DNA from: Mobula birostris
Taxonomy: Eukaryota
DNA length: 64,000 nt
Direction: 5' to 3'
Assembly: GCF_030028105.1 (NCBI RefSeq)
Contig: NC_092381.1
Span: 62,026,505-62,090,504, forward strand
The notes beneath the pieces were generated by a model. That model did not search any database and had not been told where the DNA came from. It saw nothing but the letters and a program-made list of their open reading frames with translations. This document shows positions 14,001 to 26,000 of this stretch, piece by piece; within the stretch, counting starts at the first letter, position 1; each line of letters opens with the position of its first letter. The position numbers and the translations under genes were made by a program.

Positions 14001-17000
14001 AACCAAATCAAAGGCCGCCGTATGAATTACACTGCTACATCCAGATTCCACCACCGACCCATTCACAGAGACACTAATTCCTTCAGATCCAGTTCAAGAG
14101 ACACCATGGGGCATCTTATCCTCCATCTTAAATTCTCCTGTCTTTCTAGGCAGTAAAAGTTACACACCAAAGCAATTCATAAAAATTAACATGCTGTCAA
14201 CTCCTTCCCACTAATTTCAGTGGATGGTGTTACAGCAGCAGCACACGTGTGATGTTCTAGCCTACTTCAATAATACACAACACTCTAGTGGTAGTTGCAC
14301 CAGACCTTTGGCACATAACCAATATACAGTAATATCAAGGTTAAATCTATGATCTTCAATAAATGAAATAAATGATTTCTTTACCAAAATTTGAACACTA
14401 TTCATCAATATATCAAATCTTGTAAAAAAAATTGAATAACTCCTCACCTCGATTTACAACAAACTTGCTAAGCTGCCTTTCTTGTGACTACAGTATACCA
14501 TTGCAACTCTTTCCCCGAATGTTCACTTCCACTTATGGAAAAGTGTGCTAGTTAACCTCGTTATTGGGGGCTCCTTTACCCATGCAATTAGGTAAAGTTG
14601 TTAATTTAAACTTATATCCTGTGATTAAGTATTCTTTACAAATTTGGCTCCAGTTCTGCAATTTTTTTAATCTTAAAAAATTTAAACTTTGTAGTTTAAT
14701 TTACCGAAATTACTTTTTTAAGCCTTCTTTGAGTGATCCAATTTTTCTACTTTGGAAAAAGGTATTAATTCTTTTTTGGATTTATTTAAACAAGATAGAT
14801 TGATGTCCTTTCAACAATTAATTGATAAATACTCTCTTTCATATTCACACTTTCTGCAATACCTTCAAGTTAGACATTTTTTACAAAAATATTTAAGTAA
14901 TTTCCCTTACATATTGGAGGCTGACCTGTTAGATACTATTATGAGTATGAATCCTTTGATTAAGGGTTCTATTGGAAGAATTTATAATTTATTATCACAA
15001 TGGGATGTGTTCTTTGTCTAAGATTAAACAGGATTGGGAAAAGGAACTTAATTTGACTTTTATGATGGAGGATTGGATGCGGATATTGAAGTTGGTTAAC
15101 TCTTCTTCAACCAACAGGAATTCTGCAGATGCTGGAAATTCAAGCAACACACATCAAAGTTGCTGGTGAATGCAGCAGGCCAGGCAGCATCTCTAGGAAG
15201 AGGTACAGTCGATGTTTCAGGCCGAGACCCTTCGTCAGGACTAACTGAAGGAAGAGTGAGTAAGGGATTTGAAAGTTGGAGGGGGAGCGGGAGATCCAAA
15301 ATGATAGGAGTAGACAGGAGGGGGAGGGACGGGAAGAAAGACGGGGGGGGGGGGCTCCAGAGAATGGGCAAGGGGTATATTCAGAGGGACAGAGGGAGAA
15401 AAAGGAGAGTGAGAGAAAGAATGTGTGTGTAAAAATAAGTAACAGATGGGGTACGAGGGGGAGGTGGGGCATTAGCGGAAGTTAGAGAAGTCGATGTTCA
15501 TGCCATCAGGTTGGAGGCTACCTAGACGGAATATAAGGTGTTGTTCCTCCAACTTGAGTGTGGCTTCACCTTTACAGTAGAGGAGGCCGTGGATAGACAT
15601 GTCAGAATGGGAATGGGATGTGGAATTAAAATGTGTGGCCACTGGGAGATCCTGCTTTCTCTGGCGGACAGAGAGTAGGTGTTCAGCAAAGCTGTCTCCC
15701 AGTCTGCGTCGGGTCTCGCCAATATATAAAAGGCCACATCGGGAGCACCGGACGCAGTATATCACCCCAGCTGGCTCACAGGTGAAGTGTTGCCTCACCT
15801 GGAAGGACTGTTTGGGACCCTGAATGGTGGTAAGGGAGGAAGTGTAAGGGCATGTGTAGCACTTGTTCCGCTTACACGGATAAGTGCCAGGAGGGAGATC
15901 AGTGGGGAGGGATGGGGGGGACGAATGGACAAGGGAGTTGCGTAGGGAGCAATCCCTGCGGAATGCAGAGAGGTGGGGAGGAAGGATGTGCTTAGTGGTG
16001 GGATCCCGTTGGAGTCTCCGGGTCCAACATATTACCTCACCTACCACCCCACCAGCCTCCGGGTCCAACATATTATTCTCCGTAACTTCCGCCACCTCCA
16101 ACGGGATCCCACCACTAAGCACATCTTTCCCTCCCCCCCCCCCTGCATTCCACAGGGATCGCTCCCTACACAACTCCCTTGTCCATTCGTCCCCCCCATC
16201 CCTCCCCACTGATCTCCCTCCTGGCACTTATCCGTGTAAGCGGAACAAGTGCTACACATGCCCTTACACTTCCTCCCTCACCACCATTCGGGGCCCCAAA
16301 CAGTCCTTCCAGGTGAGGCAACACTTCACCTGTGAGTCGGCTGGGGTGATATACTGCGTCCGGTGCTCCCAATGTGGCCTTTTATATATTGGCGAGACCC
16401 GATGCAGACTGGGAGACCGCTTTGCTGAACACCTATGCTCTGTCCACCAGAGAAAGCAGGATCTCCCAGTGGCCACACATTTTAATTCCACATTCCATTC
16501 CCATTCTGACATGTCTATCCACGGCCTCCTCTACTGTAAAGATGAAGCCACACTCAGGTTGGAGGAACAACACCTTATATTCCGTCTAGGTAGCCTCCAA
16601 CCTGATGGCATGAACATCGACTTCTCTAACTTCCGCTAATGCCCCACCTCCCCCTCGTACCCCATCTGTTACTTATTTTTACACACACATTCTTTCTCTC
16701 ACTCTCCTTTTTCTCCCTCTGTCCCTCTGAATATACCCCTTGCCCATCCTCTGGGTCCTCCCCCCCCCCCCCCGTCTTTCTTCCCGGACCTCCTGTCCCA
16801 TGATCCTCTCGTATCCTTTTTGCCTATCACCTGTCCAGCTCTTGGCTCCATCTCTCCCCCTCCTGTCTTCTCCTATCATTTTGGATCTCCCCCTCTCCCT
16901 CCAACTTTCAAATCCCTTACTCACTCTTCCTTCAGTTAGTCCTGACGAAGGGTCTCGGCCTGAAAAGTTGACTGCACCTCTTCCTAGAGATGCTGCCTGG

Positions 17001-20000
17001 CCTGCTGCGTTCACCAGCAACTTTTATGTGTGTAACTCTTCTTCAATTTGTGCTAGCCATTCATTGATTCAATTTAAAATTGTACATCATTATCATTTGA
17101 CAAAGGAGAGACTTTCTAAAATCTTTCCTAATGTTGATAGTCATTGTGATAGATGTAAAACAGAGATAGCTACACTGACACATGTTTTGGTCTGTTCTAT
17201 ATTGGAACAGTTCTGGAACTCTGTTTTCTCAACAATTTCTAAAGCACTTAAAATTAATTTACAACCTAATAAATTAACTGTGCTTTTTGGAATAATTCCT
17301 CAAAATATTCATGGTATTTCTGTGTCTGACCAACATGTTATTGCATTTGTTACATTGATAGCTAGGAGGGCCTTTGTTACATTGATAGCTAGGAGGGCCA
17401 TTTTGTTGAAGTGGAAGGATACATCAGCTCCCACTTTGTTACAATGGTTCTCTCAAGTGATGCTATGTCTTAGTTTGGAGAAAATTAGAAGTCGAACCTT
17501 TGAACCTTTATTTGATTTTGAGAAAAGATGGGGCTCATTTGCTCGTTATTATCATTTGAGTTAATTGATATAATTTTTCCACGATCTAATTGTAAGTTCT
17601 TTTAGTATATTTTCTTTTCTTGCTGGCGGTTTGATGTTTATTTTTAGAAGCTTTTTGTATGACGCATGGCTCCGGGGTTGTACACCTAATGGGTTCTCTT
17701 CTTTCCTCTCTCACTTTTCTGCTTAGTAGGTTTTTTTTGTTATCACAAAATTTTGTTTTCGATCATTAAGATGATGGTTTTTTTTGAGGCACTGTTAAGT
17801 GTTGTTACTTCGATGTACTCATGTTATTTTTCCTATATATACAATAAAAAGATTTGAAAAGAAAAGGAAAAGTGTGCTAGTATTGGCTACTCTTTTGTCC
17901 CTCCATTGTAAAGATAGCTATGGATTCTTTCTTGCATTCAGTATAATCACTAGCAGGCAAATGTCATTGTTCTACAATAATTTGCAGAAGCATGCAACAG
18001 ATTGCCAAAGAACAATTGAGAAACTGAGAAATAGATAATTCACATCTATGCCACAAACTTGTTAAGAGTTAGCGAAATAGATGCTATAAAAGCCAAGTTA
18101 AAACTTTATCAACCATGAAGAAATAAAGGTACATGACTGCAATCTTATGATAAAGTGGCGTCAATTTGCAAATCAGTATTCAATGAAACCTCCTTGTTCA
18201 GTTGAGTATTAATACAGCATTCGATAAGAGCTGGATAGTCTAATCCTTTGTTCCTTTTCTTGCTTATAGTACAAGTTGGAGTATATTGGAAAGATCATCT
18301 GTGAAAGTTAATTATTCCTTACATAAATAGAAAGAAAATTGACAAAGGGAGTTCAGGTTATCAAGATTCTTCACTGCATGGCTTGTACTCACTTCAAAAT
18401 AAGACTGATGGAGATCTGTGGTATCTAATGTAGTTGGCTTCTTGGTGACTTTGGGTGCACATGTGAGTGTGGAAAGCGAAGGAAATTGCAAATGGAAGAG
18501 CAATATGGAATATTAGAGGCTGCAAACCCTCAACACATTGCTTCATAGTTAGCTTCTTACCTAGTGTTGCCAACTGCTTGAAATGCAAACAGGAGGTAGG
18601 TTGACCCAGAAGATCCAACCGATGGTAGAGAAGCTTACTACTTGGGGCAGTATTTAAATTTTTCAGGTGTCTGACTGGCACTTCAGGTTGGACCATCACA
18701 ATGCACAGAATAAATGATGTGTCTTGCACCTGCATAGGTAAAGGAGTATCAGAATTTTTATAACCAACTTTAAATGTCAGTTCAAATTTCCAGCGACTTT
18801 CTACAAAACTGGTAGAAAGATTTCACTGAACTATCAAGTTCAAGTTTATTGTCATCTGACTGTACCTTTGTACAACCAAACGAACCAAAGTTCCTTTGGA
18901 CCATGATACTCCCACAAAACATATCACACACAGCACATAAACCAAAATAGTACCATAAATAAGTTAATAAAATCTAATTCAAAATATATATAGTGCACAG
19001 CACAGATTAACAGTAAATTGCTGGTTGTCCTAGTGGCAGGACCTTGATGGTGGCAGGGTATTCATTAGCCTCACTGCTCAAGACTAATGGTTTCCATCTC
19101 TGCAATGACCTCAATGACTGAACATAGTATTGTTTTCAGTAATACAGTTAAAAGGGCAGGATTGAGGGGTACAAAATTAGTCAGTGGACAGCAGAATTAA
19201 ATCAAAATGGGGCCAAATTTTTGAGGTCACATCAGTTACACATGTGGAAGCTAAGAAGCAAGAGCTCTAGTTTTGAAACACCACCCAAGCGTAATGCACA
19301 CAAAATGTTGGAGGAACTTAGCAGGTTAGGCAGCATCTCGGGAAATGAATGAACAGTGGAGATGTCAGGCTGAGGCCCTTCTTCAGGACTGAAAGGAAAG
19401 GGGAAGATGTCAGAATAAATGGGTGGGTGGAGGGAAAGGTGGATTAGCTAGAATGTGATAGATGAAGCCTAGTGGCTGGAGAAGAAGAAATCTGATGACA
19501 GAGGACAGTGGACCATGAGAGAAAGGGAAGGAGAAGGAGGGGCACGGGGGAAGGTGATAGGCAGGTAAGTAGAAAAGATAAGAGGCTAGAGTGGGGAATT
19601 GAAGAGTGAAGAGAAAGGGAGAAAAATTACCGTAAGTTGGAGAAATCCATTTTCATGTTATCAGGTTGGAAACTACCTAGACGGAATATGAGGTGTTGCC
19701 CCTCCACCCTGAGAGTGGCAAAAGTAGCAGCCATGGATTGACACATCGGAATGGGATAGGGATAGGAATTAAAATGGCTGGCCACCGGAAATTTCATTTT
19801 TGGCTGATGGAGTGGATGTGCTCAACAAAGTGGTCCCCTAATTCATGCTGGGTCTCACCAGTGTAGAGGAAGCCACAACAGGAGATACAAATGACAAAAC
19901 CAATAGATTCCCAGGTGAGGTGTTGTCTCACCTGGAAGGAATGTTTGGGGCCCTGAATGGCGGTGAGAGAGGAGGTGAATGGGCAGGTGTAGCACTTCTG

Positions 20001-23000
20001 CCACTTGCAGGGGTATGTGTCAGGATGGAGATGAGTTGGGGAGGGATGAATGGACAAGGGAGTTACGGAGGGAGTGATCTCTGTGGAAAGCGGAGGAGGG
20101 GGAAGGGGAGGTAAAGATGCGTTGGATGTGGAGGCTCATGGGGTGGTAGGTGAGGATAAGCAGAACTCTATCCCTGTTAAGGTGGGGGGAAGATGGGATA
20201 AGGGTGAACGTCCAGGAAATGGAAGAAAAGTGGGTGAGGGCAGCATCAATGGTGGATGAAACAGAACACTATTCTTTGAAGGAAGAGGACATCTCTGCTG
20301 TCCTGGAAAATAAATCCTCAGCCTGGGAACAGATACGGCAGAGACAAAGGAACTGAGAAAAGGGAACAGTATTTTTATAGGAGACAGGATGGAAGAGGTG
20401 TACTCAAGATAGCCATGGGAATTGGCCGGTTTATAAAGATATTGGTAGACTGCTTGTCTCCAGAAACGGAGACAAAGAGATCAAGAAAAGGGAGAGAAGG
20501 GTCAGAAGTTAACCAAGTGAAATTAGGGGCAGGGTTAAAGTTGGAGGCAAAGTTCATGAAATTGACGAGTTTATCATAGGTGCATGAAGCAGCACCAATG
20601 TAGTCATCAAAGTAGTGCAGGAAGAGTTAGGGAGGCTTGGAACATGGACTATTCTACATAGTTGGGGCCCATGCAGGTGTGCATGGCTACCTTGAGTTTG
20701 GAAAAAGTAGGAAGAGCCGAAAGAGAAATCGTTTAGCGTGATTTCTGCCAGACCGAGGGTGGTGGTGGTGGAGCGGGGGAACTGGTTAGGGCTTTTGTTG
20801 AGAAAAAGCAGGCAGCTTTAAGGCCTTTTTGGTGGGGGAATAGAAGAATATAGGTACTGGACATCCATGGTGAAAATGGGAACTGAAAGTTGTTGATGAG
20901 ATCAAGAGCATGTGAAGTGTTGCAGATATAGGTGGGAAGGGACATAACCAAGGAAGATAGGGGCATCCAAGAATGCCCATGAGTGAGGATGAAACAGAAT
21001 TCAGAGAATAGTTCACACCACCCACTTCCTTTCCCCAGAGAAGTCTGTGTTAGTAGAAGCACAGAAGCACCTCAACTCGGCCTTGCCCCTGCGCTTTGTA
21101 AGAACCACGTAATCTTGAAAGTAACACTGAGCAAAAATAAATGGACCTGCTCACATTGACACTATTTATATTCAAGAGGCACATCTTAAAATGTCCTGGC
21201 TTTTGCAGTACTCTCGAGTTCCCAGCATTTGGAGCTTTGATTTGACTAAAATATCTTACAAGCAAGCACAAGCAAATCTGTTTCCGCACAATGGACTGCA
21301 GAAGGTTTCTACAGTGGAATGAGAGAAATACGTGCAGCATTGGATCACACAGGCAGGCAAGTTATCACCCTGCCAATGAACGGGAACGGCGACTAATGGT
21401 GGCCCTGGAACTTGTGCTTCTGCTGCCCTTGGGAATCTGATGCCATTAACTGAAAATGGACAGATCAACCAGCTCTGGCGCATCAGGAAGCAGCTGTTTA
21501 CCTTTCACAATCAGACTCCTGGAGACAACAGTCGTATGATAAGTAAAATCAGAAGACGAGAAGGATTGCTGCTGCCTGAACTTCTACATTGCAAATGCTT
21601 CAGAGAAGGAACCCTGCTTCAAGGATTTTTAAATCCTAAAAATAACTCACCAAATGCAATCAGCCTTTCATTCATCAGCATTCCCAATTTTAAAAATGTT
21701 TAACTCCGATTAAATCTAATTCAAATATTCAAATACTTAGTGGTCAGCCATTAATGAGGTAAATAAATTGAGCACTTGTGAAAAGCATCCTTGATTAAAA
21801 ACATTCTTCTGGTTTAAAAAACACAATCCTATACATCTTAACAGATCAAAGGAAAACAAAATTTAATGGCATACTTGGAATAACACAACCTACCAACTTC
21901 CAGGCATAGCTGACATTGTAGGCGTCCTTACTGGTTTCTCGCAGCCGATTTATATGCCAAGATAAAGAGGAATTTACGGGTACAGTAATAACTTGACTGC
22001 CCAAGGGGAGACTGCACAGAGATGAAGGAAGAAAAACATTATTTGCATGTCTATAATTTACACTGCCACAAATTCTAACTTTCAAAACACGTCTGGCAAA
22101 GTTTACAATGATGAAATGTACCCTGGACAATTTAAAGACAATGAACAGGACTACTGGGAACACTTATTTTTGCTCACAATACTTAATCAAAGAACACTAA
22201 CCTGAAGTGTTAAACACTTCTTTCCATACATTTGAGCAATTTCAACATTTTCTTTTTTAAAATTCAGATTTCCAGAATCTGCTGGAATTGCTCAAATTTT
22301 TGCTTTTATTCAAGGTTGTTGCTTGAAGGTAAAAAAATAATCCTTGTTGAATGGAAATCCAATGCTTCATTCAAGCGATTAAATCGTCAGGCAAGAAGGA
22401 CCCAACAACTTCTGCTGACTCATTACTATAGGGATTCAAGTTCATGTTCAAGTTTAATTTTCATTCAACCATACATGAAAATCGCCAAACGAAACCACGT
22501 TCCTCCAGGACAAAGGTGCAAACTGCACACAGCACATAAGGTTACGATAGCAGAAAGTATAGTCACAAAAAAAATATACAGTCACCCAAGCCTCTGAATA
22601 GCATGGCCTGTAGAACAGACAATTTCGAATGAGGTTCGAGGCGACATCGGATGCATAGCAACTCTGGCAGGGTTTGCAAGACATTACTTCCTACAAAGCG
22701 AAACCCGATAGCACGAATGGCAGCAATGCTTCATTACCAGATGAACTCAGCACCTTCTATGCCCACTTTGAAAGGGAGAACACAACTACAGCTGTGAAGA
22801 TCCCTGCTGCACCTGATGACCCTGTGATCTCCGTCTCAGAGGCCGATGTTAGGCTGTCTTTAAAGAGAGTGAACCCTTGAAAGGTGGAAGGTCTCGATGG
22901 AGTACCTGGTAAGGCTCTGAAAACCTGTGCCGACCAACTAGCGAGAGTAGTCAAGGACATTTTCAACCTCTCACTGCTACGGGCGGAAGCTCCCACTTGC

Positions 23001-26000
23001 TTCAAAAAGGCAACAAGTTATACCAGTGCCTTTTTGAATAATGTGAGCTGCCTTAATGAGTATTGCCCAGTAGCACTAACATCTACAGTGATGAAATGCT
23101 TTGGGAGGTTGGTCATGACTAGACTGAACTCCTGCCTCAGCAAGGACCTGGACCCATTGCAGTTTGCCTATCGCCACAATAGGTCAACAACAGATGCAAT
23201 CTCACTGGCTCTTCACACGGCTTTAGACCACCTGGACAACACAAACACCGATGTCAGGATGTTGTTCATCGACTATAACTCAGCATTTAATACCATCATT
23301 CCCATAATTCTGATCGAGAAGTTGCAGAACCTGAGCTTCTGTACCTCCCTCTGTAATTGGATCCTTGACTTCCTAACCAGAGGACCACAATCTGTGTGGA
23401 TTGGTGATAGCATCTCCTCCTCACTGATGATCAACACTGGCACACCTCAGGGGTGTGTGCTTAGCCCACTGCTCTACTCTCTATATACACATGACTGTGT
23501 GGCTAGGCATAGCTCAAATACTATCTACAAACTTGCTGACAATACCACCAATGTTGGTAGAATATCAAGTGGTGATGAGAAGGTGTACAGGAGTGAGATA
23601 TGCCAACTAGTGGAGTGGTGCCGTAGCAACAACCTGGCCATCAATGTCAGTAAGACGAAAGAGCTGATTGTGGACTTCAGGAAGGGTAAGACAAAGGAAC
23701 ACATACGAATACTCATAGGGATCAGAAGTGGAGAGAGTGAGCAGTTTCAAGTTCCTGGGTGTCAAGATCTCTGAGAATCTAACCTGGTCCCAACATATTG
23801 ATGTAGATATCAAGAAGGCAAGACAGCAGCTATACTTTATTAGGAGTTTGAAGAAATTTGGCATGTCAACAAATACTCTCAAAGACTTCTATAGATGTAC
23901 TGTGGAGAGCATTCTGACAGGCTGCATCACTGTCTGGTATGGAGGGACTACTGCACAGGACCAAAAGAAGCTGCAGAGGGTTGTAAATCTAGTCATCTCC
24001 ATCTTGGGTACTAACCTACAAAGTACCCAGAACATCTTCAGGGAGCGGTGTCTCAGAAAGGCAGTGTCCATTATTAAGGACCTCCAGCACCCAGGGCATG
24101 CCCTTTTCTCACTGTTACCATTAGGTAGGAGGTACAGAAGCCTGAAGACACACACTCAATGATTCAGCAACAGCTTCTTCCCCTCTGCCATTCAATTCCT
24201 AAACGCACATTGAACCATTTGGACACTACTTCACCTTTTTTAATATACAGTATTTTTGTTTTTTGCACATTTTTTAATCTATCCAATGTATACTGTAATT
24301 GATTTACTTAATACTTCGATTTTTTTCTCTTCTATATTATGCATTGTATTGAACTGCTGCTGCTAAGTTAACAAATTTCACATCACATGCCAGTGATAAT
24401 AAACCTGATTCTGATGATGCATAGGCTGTTATCCTGGTCAAGCTTGCTCTTCCACTGAGCAGACACCAGAGGGCAGCACCGAGCGAACATAAGAGAGCAG
24501 CACTGGCAGGAAGGGACAGCCCCAACCCAGCACGGGCTCCGGTGCAGTCACAGAGGCCTCTGCTCTCTCCCACACCACCTTGGTGTCTCCTCTCCTGTGT
24601 GGCTGCAACAGGCAACTTCATGGTCCGAGGGCCTCGTCCTAGCCACAACTGAGGCAACACAGTTCATCTGCGGTTGGTCTCACCAAAGAGCCAGCGAACC
24701 AGATTTAGAATGTCCACAGTGCCAACGTCCAAATGAGTCTTGCAGTCACAAGAAAAATTTCCAAGACAATCACTCGCACCTTTTTTGGGACCACACACAC
24801 CTCAGCACAATGGCAACAACACAAATACAGTACATAATAAGTCCAGCTCCATCACCACTGAGCAACTTGCTGAAGGGTGCTTGATATTGTTGATAACTAG
24901 TAGCATCTTGCCATCATAAAACGACAAGCAGTGCCACCTTTGGTTGGACTCAGAATGTCACTGTGTCCGAACGCGCCCCCATCTAACGCACCATCAGAAC
25001 AACGTATATGGTGGAAGGAAACATCATCAGAAAAATATCGCTGACAACGTATGTATCATGACCTGCCAGCCAGTATGAAGCTCCTATGCTACATAACTTT
25101 GAGCTACACATGATAACTTTCCATTTTAATGAGCTCTGGGAATATAGGATCAAAATGCTTACTGGAACACAGTGAGATCAGCTAACATAGAGCAGGCGAT
25201 CAATTCAGGTGATTTCTGAGCACCAGCTGTTCACACTGGATAATTAAGAGCAATTTACTCTATTTAATAGTTGACTCATAGCTTTTGTTTTTACCTTAGG
25301 ATGTTCTGCCTGACAAGCTGAAATCTTGGAATGTTTTCATAGTGAATTATATCCGTGTGGAGTGGTGGCTCTGTGAGAAGATATGGCCGAGTCAAGGAGG
25401 GATGCATTAGGGTGTAACCTGAAATGGAAAGGGAAAGTATCTAACAACATCGTATTCAAAATCCTGTACAATTTTCAGACCCATTTCCAGTATTCCAATA
25501 GGGAGACAATCAATTAACAAACAACAAGTGAAATGAGAACATTAATTACAAAACAATCAAATTCACCCTGGTTCTATAGTGCTGGTTAAGTTTGGAACAA
25601 CCACTTCAAAATGACCTTTCATACCCTTTTCCTGTTTGGGTAGGTCTGATCTCTTACATTTTGGAATTCAGTCAGTTTGCTGTGTGACGGGTAAAACATG
25701 GAAATCTCTGCTTCACAGATAATGCTGGCCTGAAGCTCTAATGCTGTTACTGGTTAAAAAAAAAATCACCTTCTCACCTTTATTATCTATTAAGAACGTG
25801 TAGGAAGCAGATGAATCGCGGTAGTAAGTTACGTCCTCCAGAATATAAGCCAAATTCACATCCACTCCCACAATTCCCAATAGCATGTTTCCAAAATAGC
25901 ACGGTTTACTAACAGTCATGATCAATCCTGTGAAAGTACATTTTCAAAAAGGTTAAAAGAATTGGAGGATTGCATAATATTATTTTGGTCTCATGAGGCA

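Larger units (their letters stand above)
15111..17032. mobile_element. Penelope-like element (Neptune-type), fold-back inverted insertion
   Basis: Two inverted arms each encode CKRNKCYTC and a GIY-YIG endonuclease ([17 protein letters not shown]); 14-bp TSD taactcttcttcaa (15097-15110, 17033-17046). Confidence 0.93.
14553..17865 (+). mobile_element. 5'-truncated L1-clade LINE, interrupted by a Penelope insertion
   Basis: 16-bp TSD ggaaaagtgtgctagt (14537-14552, 17866-17881); ORF2 C-terminus with [13 protein letters not shown] zinc knuckle and [10 protein letters not shown]; AATAAA and A-rich tail. Confidence 0.9.

Noticed and set aside
15472-16639. Two overlapping antiparallel 251-aa ORFs as a novel bidirectional gene
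   Set aside because: They are a by-product of the palindrome: the N-terminal part is antisense PLE sequence read from a GTG, and only the C-terminal half is a genuine GIY-YIG domain.
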